A stretch of DNA of 64,000 bases from a virus. Shown in pieces: positions 8,583 to 18,632 of this stretch. The first letter of the stretch is position 1. The number at the start of each line of letters is the position of its first letter. The stretch spans positions 352,001 through 416,000 of IMG/VR virus record IMGVR_UViG_3300045988_170943. One strand, written 5' to 3'. The position numbers and the translations under genes were made by a program. The notes below the pieces were generated by a model, which saw nothing but the letters and a program-made list of their open reading frames with translations, did not search any database and was not told the DNA's origin.

Positions 8583-8789
8583 CTATCCAACCGGGGTGCC
8601 GCCAGTGAGTGATGAAACTGGCGGCACCCCGGCTTCCTGCATATGCTCATGCCAATACCACATTAGGTGGCTACCCCTATCCCAGTGTGTCCATACGTTC
8701 TATCTCCTGTAGCAGTCGATACACTATGAGGTAGCACCTGCCATAACCGATGCGGTACCCCATCACGGCGCCCTACCCTGAGGAGAATC

Positions 8790-9980
8790 ATGCTTGACAA
8801 AATAAGAGAGACGGAGTTCTACCAGGAACTTGCAACCGTCATGAAGACTAACAGCACAATGCTGACTGGTTTCGCCGCGATCCTCATCATGGTGTCAGGG
8901 GTCTCTGTCGTTGACCACACTGAACGCTGGTGGGTACCTGTCGTATCCTTAACCGTATTCAGTCTCGTGGTGTTCCTGTTCATGAACTTCAGGGTCATCA
9001 TCAAGGCTATCGGGTCTACTGTCGCCACAGTTATGCTGTCGTCGTTCGCTTTCACAGGCGGGTCGCTGGCAGACCGCTTCGGACTGGGAGGGCTCGTCTG
9101 GGTTGGGATGATCTGGGCGTTGTTCTTCGGCACCCTGGCGTGGTCTTACGGGTTTCAGTCAGGCAGGTCCAGGTGGGCACCCATCATGCTGGCCCAGTTC
9201 GTGTCCTTCTCCGCCACCTACACCCTGATCATGGGGTCTATACCTGTCGCATGGTCCGCCCTGGCTGGTACGACCCTGGGGTTTGTGACGTTCATCGTTG
9301 GGTATACGGTGTTCGGTAGGACCAGGTTCCGAGCGAAGAGCACTCCAGTCAACTTCCTGGACGACGAACTGGCGGCCACCATCGTCGAGGGCGCTGAGAA
9401 CCTTGGCTGGGAGGCCACACCCATGCCAGGTAAGAGCGACACTGGGTCTGTGCTTGTGTGGAACGATGAACGCGCATACCTGCTGCACCCTATCAAGATG
9501 ACGACACCATTCGGCACCATCGGCAAAAGAAGCCAGTCCCTTTCATACCGGCGTAAAAGTATCACCCCATGGTTGAACCACCTGATCTACCACCGGATCC
9601 CGTTGTGGAGGTCCAGGGGCGCTGACATCACGCTCGTGCTAGTGGACCTGAACCGCCGCAACAGTGAATCCATGAAGGTGATTGCCCAGCCTGTGCCTGA
9701 CTCTAACCGGTTCGTGCCTGTGTGTGTGGCACCGATCAGCAGAAAACGTAGCCCCCAGAAGGTTGAACGTATGCTGAAGGACGTGGATTCAACCATGGGG
9801 CCCATGAAACGGCACCTAACAGGGAAGCAACTTAAGGCCCTCGCTGGCATCGGAGCCAAAGATGCCCCAACTGACGAGGCAGACGATGCTGACGAGGAGA
9901 CCACATCCATCACCAACACGACTAGCAGCGAAGACGACACCGGAACCATCGAACACTCGCTGACTAGGTTGGGGTCCTAG
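8790..9980 (+). CDS. integral membrane protein (N-terminal multi-TM region, cytoplasmic C-terminal domain)
   Basis: 396-aa ORF with several hydrophobic helices in the first ~190 aa. RBS gaggag. Confidence 0.45.
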   Translation: MLDKIRETEFYQELATVMKTNSTMLTGFAAILIMVSGVSVVDHTERWWVPVVSLTVFSLVVFLFMNFRVIIKAIGSTVATVMLSSFAFTGGSLADRFGLGGLVWVGMIWALFFGTLAWSYGFQSGRSRWAPIMLAQFVSFSATYTLIMGSIPVAWSALAGTTLGFVTFIVGYTVFGRTRFRAKSTPVNFLDDELAATIVEGAENLGWEATPMPGKSDTGSVLVWNDERAYLLHPIKMTTPFGTIGKRSQSLSYRRKSITPWLNHLIYHRIPLWRSRGADITLVLVDLNRRNSESMKVIAQPVPDSNRFVPVCVAPISRKRSPQKVERMLKDVDSTMGPMKRHLTGKQLKALAGIGAKDAPTDEADDADEETTSITNTTSSEDDTGTIEHSLTRLGS

Positions 9981-10100
9981 CGCACCCCAAAAGAACGCAA
10001 GTAGATGCCCATAGTGTCCCTGGCCTGGAGGTAGAATCCGCCCCAGGGCAACCCGACCCAGGTACCCCAATAGTCAAAACACAACAGCAGTGAGGTAGCC

Positions 10101-11597
10101 ATGCCAGCAGTCAAGGATCAGTTCGTCTCCCTGCACATGCACTCCGACTACTCCCTACTGGACGGCTACGCCAAGCCAGGAGAGTACATCAACAGGGCTA
10201 TCGAACTTGGGCAGCCAGCCATTGGGCTCACAGATCACGGGAACCTTCATGGCATCAAGCAGTTCATTGACCAAACCAGGGACGCTGGCCTCACCCCAGT
10301 ACCCGGTTCCGAGTTCTACATGGCCCCCATCAGTGATGACGGACCATACCCCAAGCATCCTGTCTACTACGGTGAGGGTGGCCGCAAGAACCCTGAGCAT
10401 GACGTGTCCGCTAACGGGACCTACCTGCACCTAACTGTCTGGGCTTACAATGACGCCGGTTTGAGTAACCTGAAGCGCCTGTCCACGCTCGCCTATGCCC
10501 CAGAACGCTACTACCGGAAACCACGCATCGGGTTTGACGACCTGGCGGACCACTCAGACGGACTCATCGTATCCACGGGCTGCCCCTCATCAGAGATCAG
10601 CACCAGGTTACTCATGGGACAGGAGCAAGCAGCCTATGAGTACGCTGGGCGCATGAAGGAAGTGTTCAAGGACCAACTGTTCATGGAGATCATGAACCAT
10701 AACATGAGCATCGACCTTGAACGCAAACTACTGCCTCAGCAGATGCGTCTAGCGAAACGACTCAACCTCCCCCTACTGGCAACCAACGACTGCCACTACG
10801 CCAACTCCGGGGACGCCCAGGGACACAGTGAGATGCTTTGCATCCAGTCAAAGTCCCTCATGAGTGACAAGACCTATGATCAGGGCGGTAAACGGTTCGC
10901 GTTCAACGGCGACCAGTACTACATGAAGTCCGGGGCACAGATGGCGGCACTGTTCCCTGAAGATGACTATCCCGGCGCCCTGTCGAACACGCTACTGATC
11001 GCAGAGATGGCCTCAGACATTAGGATGGTGTTCGACCCCCACCTGAGGCCCGTCCCGTTTGTCCCTGAGGGCACCACGGTAGAGAAGCATCTCCAGCAGA
11101 TGATCAACGACGGATACAAGGCCAAGTATGTGAACCGTGACTACCCAAGCGTGGAGGAGCGCAAACGTGTCCTGAGTGAAGCAAAACGACGCATTCGTGA
11201 AGAGTGGGAGGTCATCTACTCGTCCGCGTTTGACGGGTACATGTTGGTCGTGGAGGACTATCTGAGATATATCCGGGAGAATTACTCGGTGCGAGGCGAG
11301 AACGGGGAGATCCTTGCATCTCCGTTGGGGCCGGGCCGCGGCAGTGTCGGCGGGTGCATCATCGCATACCTGCTGGGCATCTCTGAGATCGACCCTATTG
11401 AGTATGATCTCCTGTTCGAGCGTTTCCTGTCTCCTGGGCGTGGCGCTGTCTGTCGGGTCACTTATGATGACGGCACTACCGAGGACCTTGTGGTGTCCGA
11501 AACCAGAACTGTGCTGGGTGATGATGGTCAGGAGGTAGGCAGATACATTCACCAGATCAACATTGGGGATAAGGTTGTCATTGAAGAGGAGCACTAA
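10101..11597 (+). CDS. dnaE: DNA polymerase III alpha (DnaE)-like N-terminal fragment: PHP domain, truncated before the catalytic PDxDxDF motif, ending in a Cys-initiated Hint-like tail
   Basis: N-terminus VSLHMHSDYSLLDG is the PHP signature. NDCHYAN, GPGRGSVGG and LLFERFLSPGR align to DnaE. Where E. coli DnaE continues VSMPDFDVDF, this ORF reads CRVTYDDGTTEDLVV... (48 aa) and then stops, adjacent to tnpB. Confidence 0.7.
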   Translation: MPAVKDQFVSLHMHSDYSLLDGYAKPGEYINRAIELGQPAIGLTDHGNLHGIKQFIDQTRDAGLTPVPGSEFYMAPISDDGPYPKHPVYYGEGGRKNPEHDVSANGTYLHLTVWAYNDAGLSNLKRLSTLAYAPERYYRKPRIGFDDLADHSDGLIVSTGCPSSEISTRLLMGQEQAAYEYAGRMKEVFKDQLFMEIMNHNMSIDLERKLLPQQMRLAKRLNLPLLATNDCHYANSGDAQGHSEMLCIQSKSLMSDKTYDQGGKRFAFNGDQYYMKSGAQMAALFPEDDYPGALSNTLLIAEMASDIRMVFDPHLRPVPFVPEGTTVEKHLQQMINDGYKAKYVNRDYPSVEERKRVLSEAKRRIREEWEVIYSSAFDGYMLVVEDYLRYIRENYSVRGENGEILASPLGPGRGSVGGCIIAYLLGISEIDPIEYDLLFERFLSPGRGAVCRVTYDDGTTEDLVVSETRTVLGDDGQEVGRYIHQINIGDKVVIEEEH

Positions 11598-13300
11598 AAC
11601 CATCTGAGTACGTATGTGCCACTTCATCTGAACACCTCCCCCTACCTCCTGGAGCAACCGGACCCGTGACTTCTCACGTGTTATTGTGGTTACCATATAG
11701 GGTATGACTATTCCTTAGGATAAACCACATCTACTGTATTTGCAACAGATAGGTCCCTTGTTGGAATTGTCGTGCCGCTGGTTGTCTGAAACCACTCCCT
11801 GTGGTCCACCGCAGAAACCCTAGACTCTGCGGGGCACATCCTTACACTCACCTCCCTCGACTGAAAAGATGGGCGAGTGTGGGTCTTCTTCTGGTTCTGG
11901 GGTGCTTTAGGAGTAGGCCTGTTCTTCGTGCCAGGATGCCTCAGTGGCTTCACACGGCACTTGGATCTTCTGATGCGCTTGGTCTTTGTGGCGTGCCGTC
12001 TCCGTGTCTGGCACGCCTTCTTGACATTCACTCGCTGAGCGATGTTCGCCGCCGCGTTCAAGTCACGATGATGAGTGATGCCACAGGCCGTACAGCGCGG
12101 CTGAGAATAGTCCTGCATGTCCAGGTCAGACTGACACACATGACACCTTCGGGATGTGTGCGCGGCGTTGACCTTCAAGACGCGCCCGCCGTCAGCCTCA
12201 ACCATATCCCGAGTACGCCTGTGGACCTCGCCACGAAACCAGCGGCCGAACTTCATGGTGTTCTTGATGTGAGACAAGTCCTCAAAGGAGACGATGGCAT
12301 TGTCATAACGCCAGGCCGCGTCTGTGATCTCCTGAGCAACGAGGATGCTCAGTTCCTTACGCCGGTTAGACAAGTGACCCCTGTGTGATGCGGCCTCCTC
12401 AGGGCGGTTCTTCCTCTGCAAAGAGGAAACCTGAACCTGAGCCCTCTTAATCTTATTGTTCAAGGACCTGGCACGCTGCCCTAGAAGAGACTGATCAACA
12501 ACCTTTCTGCCCTTGGTATCCCAGACGACGTAAGTGGCCGGGTTAGTCACACCAACATCCACGCCAATAACATAGCGGCTAGAAAACTCGGGACGTCCAG
12601 GATTGGTCTTGCCATGAAAGCCAAACATCACGCGATTCTGATTATCGACCCATATGTCCGGCACGCCAGTCTCACAACCCTTTTCCAGTAATTGGGGTGG
12701 CGTTGGGAAGTGAAGAGTAGTCCATTGGCCTTGAACGACTAGATCCAGGATGATCTTGTCTTCCTGGACATGAATCCTTCTGTACTGGTTGTTTGTTGCA
12801 GAAAGAGAAAGGCGAGGTTGCAGGTCTTTTGGTTTAGAATCCTTGACTGTTCTCTTCCACCCGGCCGAAACATAACCATTATGCGTCCCGTTAGTGGCAT
12901 TGACTCGGGCGGCCCAGGATCTCAGTGTCGAGACCACTCGCTCACGAAACAGCATCTCCAACCGTGAGGCCCCACTCCTGAACCGATTCTTCACCTCACT
13001 GGGAAGAAACAGGCCCATACGCCTACCAGCCTCAGCGGGCTTGAACCTGTCGAAGTAGGTCACCAGGGCAAGATTCTGCTCAGTCAACTCCCGCAGAGCA
13101 TACTCGGCAACCAGTTCAGCATCCGCTCTGATGCCGTCCAGGACCTCATCAAGGTTCAGAGGATCACCAGTCTTACTGAACGCAGCATATGGTGTCCTTG
13201 GGTACGTACGCGACACAGTAGTTCTAGACACCTGGTGAGCCTCCCCCAAGAACTTGACTGGTTGATGGTATGCGTGTATTATAGCACAATATTAGTGGAG
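11550..13300 (-). mobile_element. IS200/IS605-family TnpB-only element (IS1341-like), approximate ends
   Basis: A 513-aa TnpB occupies almost the whole interval. An AT-rich promoter lies at 13250-13440. The predicted right end and omega-RNA region overlaps the 3' end of the DnaE fragment. Boundaries not resolved. Confidence 0.45.
11708..13249 (-). CDS. tnpB: TnpB (IS605 OrfB family, RuvC-like RNA-guided nuclease) with C-terminal zinc finger
   Basis: C-terminal CHVCQ...CTACGITHHRDLNAAANIA (RuvC-III plus Zn finger), preceded by the D...G.N and E motifs typical of TnpB. Confidence 0.8.
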   Translation of the reverse strand: MGEAHQVSRTTVSRTYPRTPYAAFSKTGDPLNLDEVLDGIRADAELVAEYALRELTEQNLALVTYFDRFKPAEAGRRMGLFLPSEVKNRFRSGASRLEMLFRERVVSTLRSWAARVNATNGTHNGYVSAGWKRTVKDSKPKDLQPRLSLSATNNQYRRIHVQEDKIILDLVVQGQWTTLHFPTPPQLLEKGCETGVPDIWVDNQNRVMFGFHGKTNPGRPEFSSRYVIGVDVGVTNPATYVVWDTKGRKVVDQSLLGQRARSLNNKIKRAQVQVSSLQRKNRPEEAASHRGHLSNRRKELSILVAQEITDAAWRYDNAIVSFEDLSHIKNTMKFGRWFRGEVHRRTRDMVEADGGRVLKVNAAHTSRRCHVCQSDLDMQDYSQPRCTACGITHHRDLNAAANIAQRVNVKKACQTRRRHATKTKRIRRSKCRVKPLRHPGTKNRPTPKAPQNQKKTHTRPSFQSREVSVRMCPAESRVSAVDHREWFQTTSGTTIPTRDLSVANTVDVVYPKE

Positions 13301-13448
13301 AATACCAGTAGGAGTAAGGTTAACATAATAATGGTGAACTACAGTGGAATAGGCAGATACAGAACCTATGTCGCGCCTCCACACTAAGAGGACAGACTGG
13401 GATGACAGCATGTGGTGAAACCTTGTACAGGGTGGACGGAGAATACGG

Positions 13449-14537
13449 ATGGCAGATAGAAACAGTGGTAGCGACCCGAAGTTGGAACTCTACAAGCGGT
13501 ACCGGCCCAGCAGGTGGGATGAACTCGTTGGGCAGCAAAAGGTTGCTCACAGTATCCAGGCGGCACTAGCCGCAAATCGGGTCCCTACTGCCTATGGTTT
13601 CTTTGGCCCGCGTGGATGCGGTAAGACTAGCGCCGCATTCATCTTGGCGAAGTCCCTCAACTGCCTCAACATACAGGACGGCCAGAACCCTTGTAATGAG
13701 TGTGACGTGTGCCAGGCTATTGACGACCGCTCCCAGCCGGGCGTCCAGTACATCAGCATGGCGAACCATGGCAGTGTTGACCATATCCGGGAACTTATGC
13801 GTGACTCCAGTCAGGCGACCTACATCAACCGGGCTGTCATCATCATGGACGAGGTGCACAACATCAGCCGCAGCGCATTTGACTCGATGCTGACTACGAT
13901 AGAGGATGAGCACACTCCAGCCCTTATGATCTTCTGCTCCACTGAAGAGGACAAGATCCCCGACACTATCATCTCCCGGCTTCAGGCCCGCACCTTCCGG
14001 CTCGTGAACAGTGATGACATGATTGGTCTCGTATCCCGAATTCTGGACGAGGAGGATGTGTCTGTCAGTGACGAGGCCCTGCTGGAAGTGATTCAGCGTG
14101 GTCGCGGGTCTGTGCGTGACACCTTGTCTGTGTTGGAGGGCCTGATCGTTGGCGGGGACCTGTTGGAGCGTCCTGCCGGGCTGGGGATCCTGGAGGCGTT
14201 GGCTGCCCTGGACGTGCCTGGGTGCTTGAAGGCTGTGAAGGAAGGGTCGGATGCGGGCTACAGTGGACGAACTATGGCTGAGGGTTTGTTCTCGGACCTC
14301 GTGAGCGTCATACAGGCGGTTTCTGGTGTTCGAGGCGTCGTACCTCCAGTGCGGGATGTTCAGGGCTTCTATGACGCCATGGGCGGGTTGCGTGGCCTGT
14401 TCGCGGTGGAGCGCGAGGTGGGGGACGCTATCAATCGTATGTCCATTGGGGCGGACTCTCTGATCCTGTTCCAGATTGCTCTTTTCAACGCTTTGGATAA
14501 GTTGAGGGACATCAGAGATGGTGTAGGCAAGAAGTAG
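13449..14537 (+). CDS. DnaX-like (Pol III gamma/tau family) AAA+ clamp-loader subunit
   Basis: YRPSRWDELVGQ, P-loop GPRGCGKTS, zinc module C..C..C, sensor SRLQARTFRL, and a GS.RD motif. Confidence 0.7.
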   Translation: MADRNSGSDPKLELYKRYRPSRWDELVGQQKVAHSIQAALAANRVPTAYGFFGPRGCGKTSAAFILAKSLNCLNIQDGQNPCNECDVCQAIDDRSQPGVQYISMANHGSVDHIRELMRDSSQATYINRAVIIMDEVHNISRSAFDSMLTTIEDEHTPALMIFCSTEEDKIPDTIISRLQARTFRLVNSDDMIGLVSRILDEEDVSVSDEALLEVIQRGRGSVRDTLSVLEGLIVGGDLLERPAGLGILEALAALDVPGCLKAVKEGSDAGYSGRTMAEGLFSDLVSVIQAVSGVRGVVPPVRDVQGFYDAMGGLRGLFAVEREVGDAINRMSIGADSLILFQIALFNALDKLRDIRDGVGKK

Positions 14538-14590
14538 CGCCTGGAAGAAAACACCTGAGGTCAACATGTGTTGAGTTTTTGGGCATTAAG

Positions 14591-14640
14591 AACGGCGGCC
14601 ATATGTAGAAGTTAAAGCACCTCTACGGCCGCCGTTTTTC
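14591..14640 (+). terminator. rho-independent terminator
   Basis: 10-bp perfect stem aacggcggcc/ggccgccgtt with an internal helix, followed by TTTTT. Confidence 0.6.
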
Positions 14641-14820
14641 GTTGCTTAAGTGTCCTTGCGCACCAATATCAGAAACAATAGCCCTCCAGACGTTGTAACA
14701 GAAAGCCCTGACGCTCAACGGAACAGCCCCAGAAACGGGGTTGAACACAGGTCGTCATATGTGCTACAGTGACATGCTGCATGCCTGAAACCGTTGATAG
14801 AACTGTGAGGATTTAACTAC

Positions 14821-15360
14821 ATGACGTACGCACTCTCAATCGTCCTGGGTCTGGTGGCGTCCGGCCTGCTGGCTGCCATCTCATACTCGTCACGCAACAG
14901 GACGATAACGATCCTGTCTGCGGTCATGTCTGGTATCGTCTGCGGCCAGTACGTCCTGCTCAACCACCCCGGCGCGGCAGTCCTCAGCGCCATCTCCCTC
15001 GTCTTCTCTATCGCATCGCTCTCGCTCAGCAAATCCAGAGCATGGAGACCCAAGGTCGTGCTCGTTACCATGATCCTGTCAATGGTTACCGCCCAATGGA
15101 TCATCAACGGCGTCAGTGTTGGATATGAGACGTTACCACTGGTCGGGTCTGTGCTCATGGCGTCACTGATCTGCATTCACAACCGGGTTGCCATCAAGAC
15201 CATCCAGTTCATCGCTGGGATCGTGTGGATCATCTACCAGGTGCATGTCGGCGCGTGGGGTCAGATGCCAGGAGAGGTCATCTACTTCATCGCATGGTGG
15301 CTGTCAGTCGCACCCAGCAAGTCACGAACTCTAGGTCTGGCGGTCGCTTCTGGCCGCTAG
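14821..15360 (+). CDS. small polytopic membrane protein (possibly PnuC-like transporter)
   Basis: 179 aa, about 6 hydrophobic helices, Trp-rich C-terminus (IAWWLS). The assignment is weak. Confidence 0.35.
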   Translation: MTYALSIVLGLVASGLLAAISYSSRNRTITILSAVMSGIVCGQYVLLNHPGAAVLSAISLVFSIASLSLSKSRAWRPKVVLVTMILSMVTAQWIINGVSVGYETLPLVGSVLMASLICIHNRVAIKTIQFIAGIVWIIYQVHVGAWGQMPGEVIYFIAWWLSVAPSKSRTLGLAVASGR

Positions 15361-15534
15361 AGCCGGAGTGACGTGCCATCCGCATTCTGACACAACATAT
15401 AGTATGGTTGCATCACTGTAAACACCACAGGTAGTGCTTTCGTCCCTACCGTCCAAGAGTCTGTCACGTTAGATACTTACAAGAACCAAAAACGAGACAA
15501 GAACCAAGAAAGACAGCAGGAGGACTGCACAGGT

Positions 15535-17523
15535 ATGAACCTTACCAGCGTGATCGACAACTACTGCGGCCATGACGAGAAGATCATGGACGAGAACGCA
15601 AACAAGGACAGCAAGGTGTTCGCCACCCAGAGAGACCTTCTGGCCGGGGCAATCAGCAAAGAGTACGCACTAGAGAAACTACTCCCCAAGAACGTCGCCG
15701 AAGCACACAAAAAAGGATGGATACACTTCCACGACCTAGACTACGTACTCAATGCCTCCGGGGGCCTGTTCAACTGTATGCTGATCGACTTCCCCGGAAT
15801 GCTCGCCCACGGGTTCACGCTAGGCAACGCGGAGATCGAACCACCCAAGTCCCTCCACACCGCCGGAGAGGTCATCCCCCAAATCGTTGCCAACGTGTCC
15901 AGCAATATGTACGGAGGTGTCTCTGCACACAGGATAGACGAGTTCCTGGAACCATATGCCATCCTGTCCTACCGGAAACACCTCTGCCGTAACCTCGCCA
16001 GAGCCGCCCAGTACACGGGAGTCACCATCACCCCAACCCAGGTGGCTGCCCTCGCCGAGCACTACGTACAGGCGTGCCCACAGACAGACAACGAGTTCAA
16101 GAACGACACCCCAGCCACCACCCCTGTGCCACCAGGGCAGTCCCCCTTACCCCTGGCGGCACAGGACATAGCCGTCAAGGACGCCATCAGCGACACCGGT
16201 AAGGAAGTCGCAGACACGTGCCAGTCATTGGAGTACGAGTGCATGGCACTCTTCAGTGGAAACGGACAAACCCCATTTTTCACCTTTAACCTGGGGTTGG
16301 GGACCGGCAAGTGGGCGCGCGAGATCCAGAAACACATCCTCAAAGTCAGGATCGAAGGACTCGGCCCTGAGAAACGCACCGCCGTCTTCCCGAAACTTGT
16401 CTACACCCTCAAGGAAAGCCACAACCTAAAACCAGGTGACCCCAACTATGACATCAAGAGACTAGCCGTAGAATGCTCCACCAAACGCATCTACCCTGAC
16501 ATCCTCTCCTATGAGAAAGTCATGGAAATCTATGGCACCTTTGTCTCCCCCATGGGGTGCAGGTCATTCCTCAGTGACTACCGGGACAAGGACGGCAACC
16601 ACGTCACCTATGGTCGTCGAAACATTGGGGTCGTCTCCCTCAACCTCCCCAACATCGCCCTCACTGTGAACACTCCCGACGAGTTCATGACCCTACTTGA
16701 TCAGCGTATCCAGGCGGTCAAGGACGGCCTCATGTACCGTTACAACAGGCTCGCCAGCACCACAGCCAGAAACGCGCCCATCCTCTACCAGTACGGGGCG
16801 ACCGGCCACAGGCTTAACTCCGATGAAACCGTGCAACGAATCTTCAATGACGGTGAAGCCACAGCATCCATTGGGTACGTTGGCCTCCACGAGACAGCAA
16901 CAAGATTCTGGGGTAACGACTGGCAGGACAACCCTGAAGCCAAGAACTTCACCATCCAGGTCCTCCGCCGCCTCAACCACTGGAAGGAAAAGTGGGCAGA
17001 AGAGACCGGTATAGCGTTCTCCGTCTACAGCACCCCAGCAGAATCACTCATCTCACGGTTCGCGGAAATCGACAAGGCAACCTTCGGCAGCATCAAGGAC
17101 ATCACAGACAAAGGCTACTACACCAACTCCTTCCACCTGGACGTCCGCAAGCAAGTCACGCCGTTCGAAAAAATCGACTTCGAGGCAGACTACCCGCCAC
17201 TAGCCGCTGGAGGAAACATCTGCTACGTAGAACAGCCATCCCTCATCAAAAACCCCGACGCCCTAGAAGCCATCTGGGACTACATGCACGACCGGGTTCC
17301 GTTCTCCGGTGTCAACACCCCCATCAGCCGATGCTACAAGTGCAACCACGAAGGAGACTTCGACGCTGACGCACGCGGATTCTACTGCCCCCAGTGCGGA
17401 AACCGCGATCCCCAGCAGTGCGAAGTTGTGGAACGGCTCTGCGGCTACCTCGGATCCGTGTCCATGCGTAAACCCATCAGCGGTCGCGTCAAGGAAATGA
17501 AATCCAGAGTCAAACACCAGTAA
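15535..17523 (+). CDS. nrdD: anaerobic ribonucleoside-triphosphate reductase NrdD (class III RNR)
   Basis: C-terminal glycyl-radical motif RLCGYLGS, preceded by the zinc ribbon CYKCNHEG...YCPQCG. Length 662 aa. RBS aggagg. Confidence 0.85.
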   Translation: MNLTSVIDNYCGHDEKIMDENANKDSKVFATQRDLLAGAISKEYALEKLLPKNVAEAHKKGWIHFHDLDYVLNASGGLFNCMLIDFPGMLAHGFTLGNAEIEPPKSLHTAGEVIPQIVANVSSNMYGGVSAHRIDEFLEPYAILSYRKHLCRNLARAAQYTGVTITPTQVAALAEHYVQACPQTDNEFKNDTPATTPVPPGQSPLPLAAQDIAVKDAISDTGKEVADTCQSLEYECMALFSGNGQTPFFTFNLGLGTGKWAREIQKHILKVRIEGLGPEKRTAVFPKLVYTLKESHNLKPGDPNYDIKRLAVECSTKRIYPDILSYEKVMEIYGTFVSPMGCRSFLSDYRDKDGNHVTYGRRNIGVVSLNLPNIALTVNTPDEFMTLLDQRIQAVKDGLMYRYNRLASTTARNAPILYQYGATGHRLNSDETVQRIFNDGEATASIGYVGLHETATRFWGNDWQDNPEAKNFTIQVLRRLNHWKEKWAEETGIAFSVYSTPAESLISRFAEIDKATFGSIKDITDKGYYTNSFHLDVRKQVTPFEKIDFEADYPPLAAGGNICYVEQPSLIKNPDALEAIWDYMHDRVPFSGVNTPISRCYKCNHEGDFDADARGFYCPQCGNRDPQQCEVVERLCGYLGSVSMRKPISGRVKEMKSRVKHQ

Positions 17524-17547
17524 AGCCCCCGACACAGCAACACGCGA

Positions 17548-17600
17548 GTGCGCCCCACCAGAATGCTATCAGGTTTCTGGGTGGGGCGCACTTATTCTCT
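17548..17600. terminator. bidirectional hairpin terminator between convergent nrdD and HNH genes
   Basis: 12-bp stem gtgcgccccacc/ggtggggcgcac with a 19-nt loop, followed by ttattctct. Confidence 0.5.
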
Positions 17601-17618
17601 GATCTGCAAACCTATAAG

Positions 17619-18632
17619 TCACCTCAGGGACTCCCGCAACTTCATGATCTGACTGTTATAGACACCCCGAATACGCCCAGAGGACCTTCGGTCATAGCGC
17701 CCATCTTCCCCAACCTCAAACTGTTTCATGAACCTGTTAATGTAGTCAATAGACTTCGACACCTTCTTAACCTGCTCAGGAGTCATCTCCTTATACAGGG
17801 CAAACCGGCGGAAACTCTCAATCCTTGACAGAACCTCATCCTTCTTATCCTCAGGGACCCTGCTGGTAGACTGCACCCACTCGTTCAAGTCCTTGTTACG
17901 TCGCTCACTGTTGCAGCCAATACACGCCAGGGCCATATTCCCGTAGCGAGTTGTGCCAGGAGGCGGATTCTTCGGGGTCACTGGTGTCAAATGCTCCCCG
18001 GATGCTGCATGCTCATTACCAACACCCGACTGAAACGGCTTGTGGCAGTAGCAGCAGCGGCCACCAAAGAACATAACCGAGGCAACATACCGCTCACGGG
18101 TCATGTCGTTCATCGCAGACGTCAAGATTATCCTTTGAGGCTGATGACGCCTACCATCATTGCGCCACTCAATTGAGGCCGTCATAGACTTGACGTTAGT
18201 AGCAATGATCCTTGAGAACTCCTTCAAATCGACATCATCACCAAGGAACTCCCTCGTCCTCCTGGCGATTGGATCCTTACTTGACAAGAAAGCGTAAATG
18301 TTTCCCTCCGCTCTCTGAAAACGCCTCTGGAGCCTAGGATCATTCAGCCTGTCCTCAAACTTGCTGTAGAAGTCCCGGATAAACGAATAGTCCTCATGAG
18401 AAAACTGCTCCGCCACAGACTCAACCGACTCATGGAACTCCTTCCGAGTCATGCTTCTACCGTAGTACGAGGACACCATGCCAGGAGTCGGTGTCGCCTT
18501 CTTCAAGGCCACCTCAGTGCTCTGCTCGCCTTCTTGCCGAGCCTTGTTCGTCGATGTCGCCAACGCGCCATGAGCCTTCGCCAGAACCTCCTCATTGAAC
18601 GCCCGGATCGTCGCATCACTAGCGTCACTCAT
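17619..18632 (-). CDS. HNH endonuclease-domain protein (free-standing, homing-endonuclease-like)
   Basis: His-Me finger: CCYCHKPF ... EHLTP ... GNMALACIGCNSERRNK. Start placed at internal Met (MSDASD). Confidence 0.55.
   Translation of the reverse strand: MSDASDATIRAFNEEVLAKAHGALATSTNKARQEGEQSTEVALKKATPTPGMVSSYYGRSMTRKEFHESVESVAEQFSHEDYSFIRDFYSKFEDRLNDPRLQRRFQRAEGNIYAFLSSKDPIARRTREFLGDDVDLKEFSRIIATNVKSMTASIEWRNDGRRHQPQRIILTSAMNDMTRERYVASVMFFGGRCCYCHKPFQSGVGNEHAASGEHLTPVTPKNPPPGTTRYGNMALACIGCNSERRNKDLNEWVQSTSRVPEDKKDEVLSRIESFRRFALYKEMTPEQVKKVSKSIDYINRFMKQFEVGEDGRYDRRSSGRIRGVYNSQIMKLRESLR

Noticed and set aside
11801-12388. 195-aa plus-strand ORF inside tnpB
   Set aside because: Antisense to a strongly supported TnpB coding region. 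No motifs.
13566-14567. 333-aa minus-strand ORF
   Set aside because: Antisense to the DnaX-like gene. The low-complexity translation is typical of an antisense high-GC frame.
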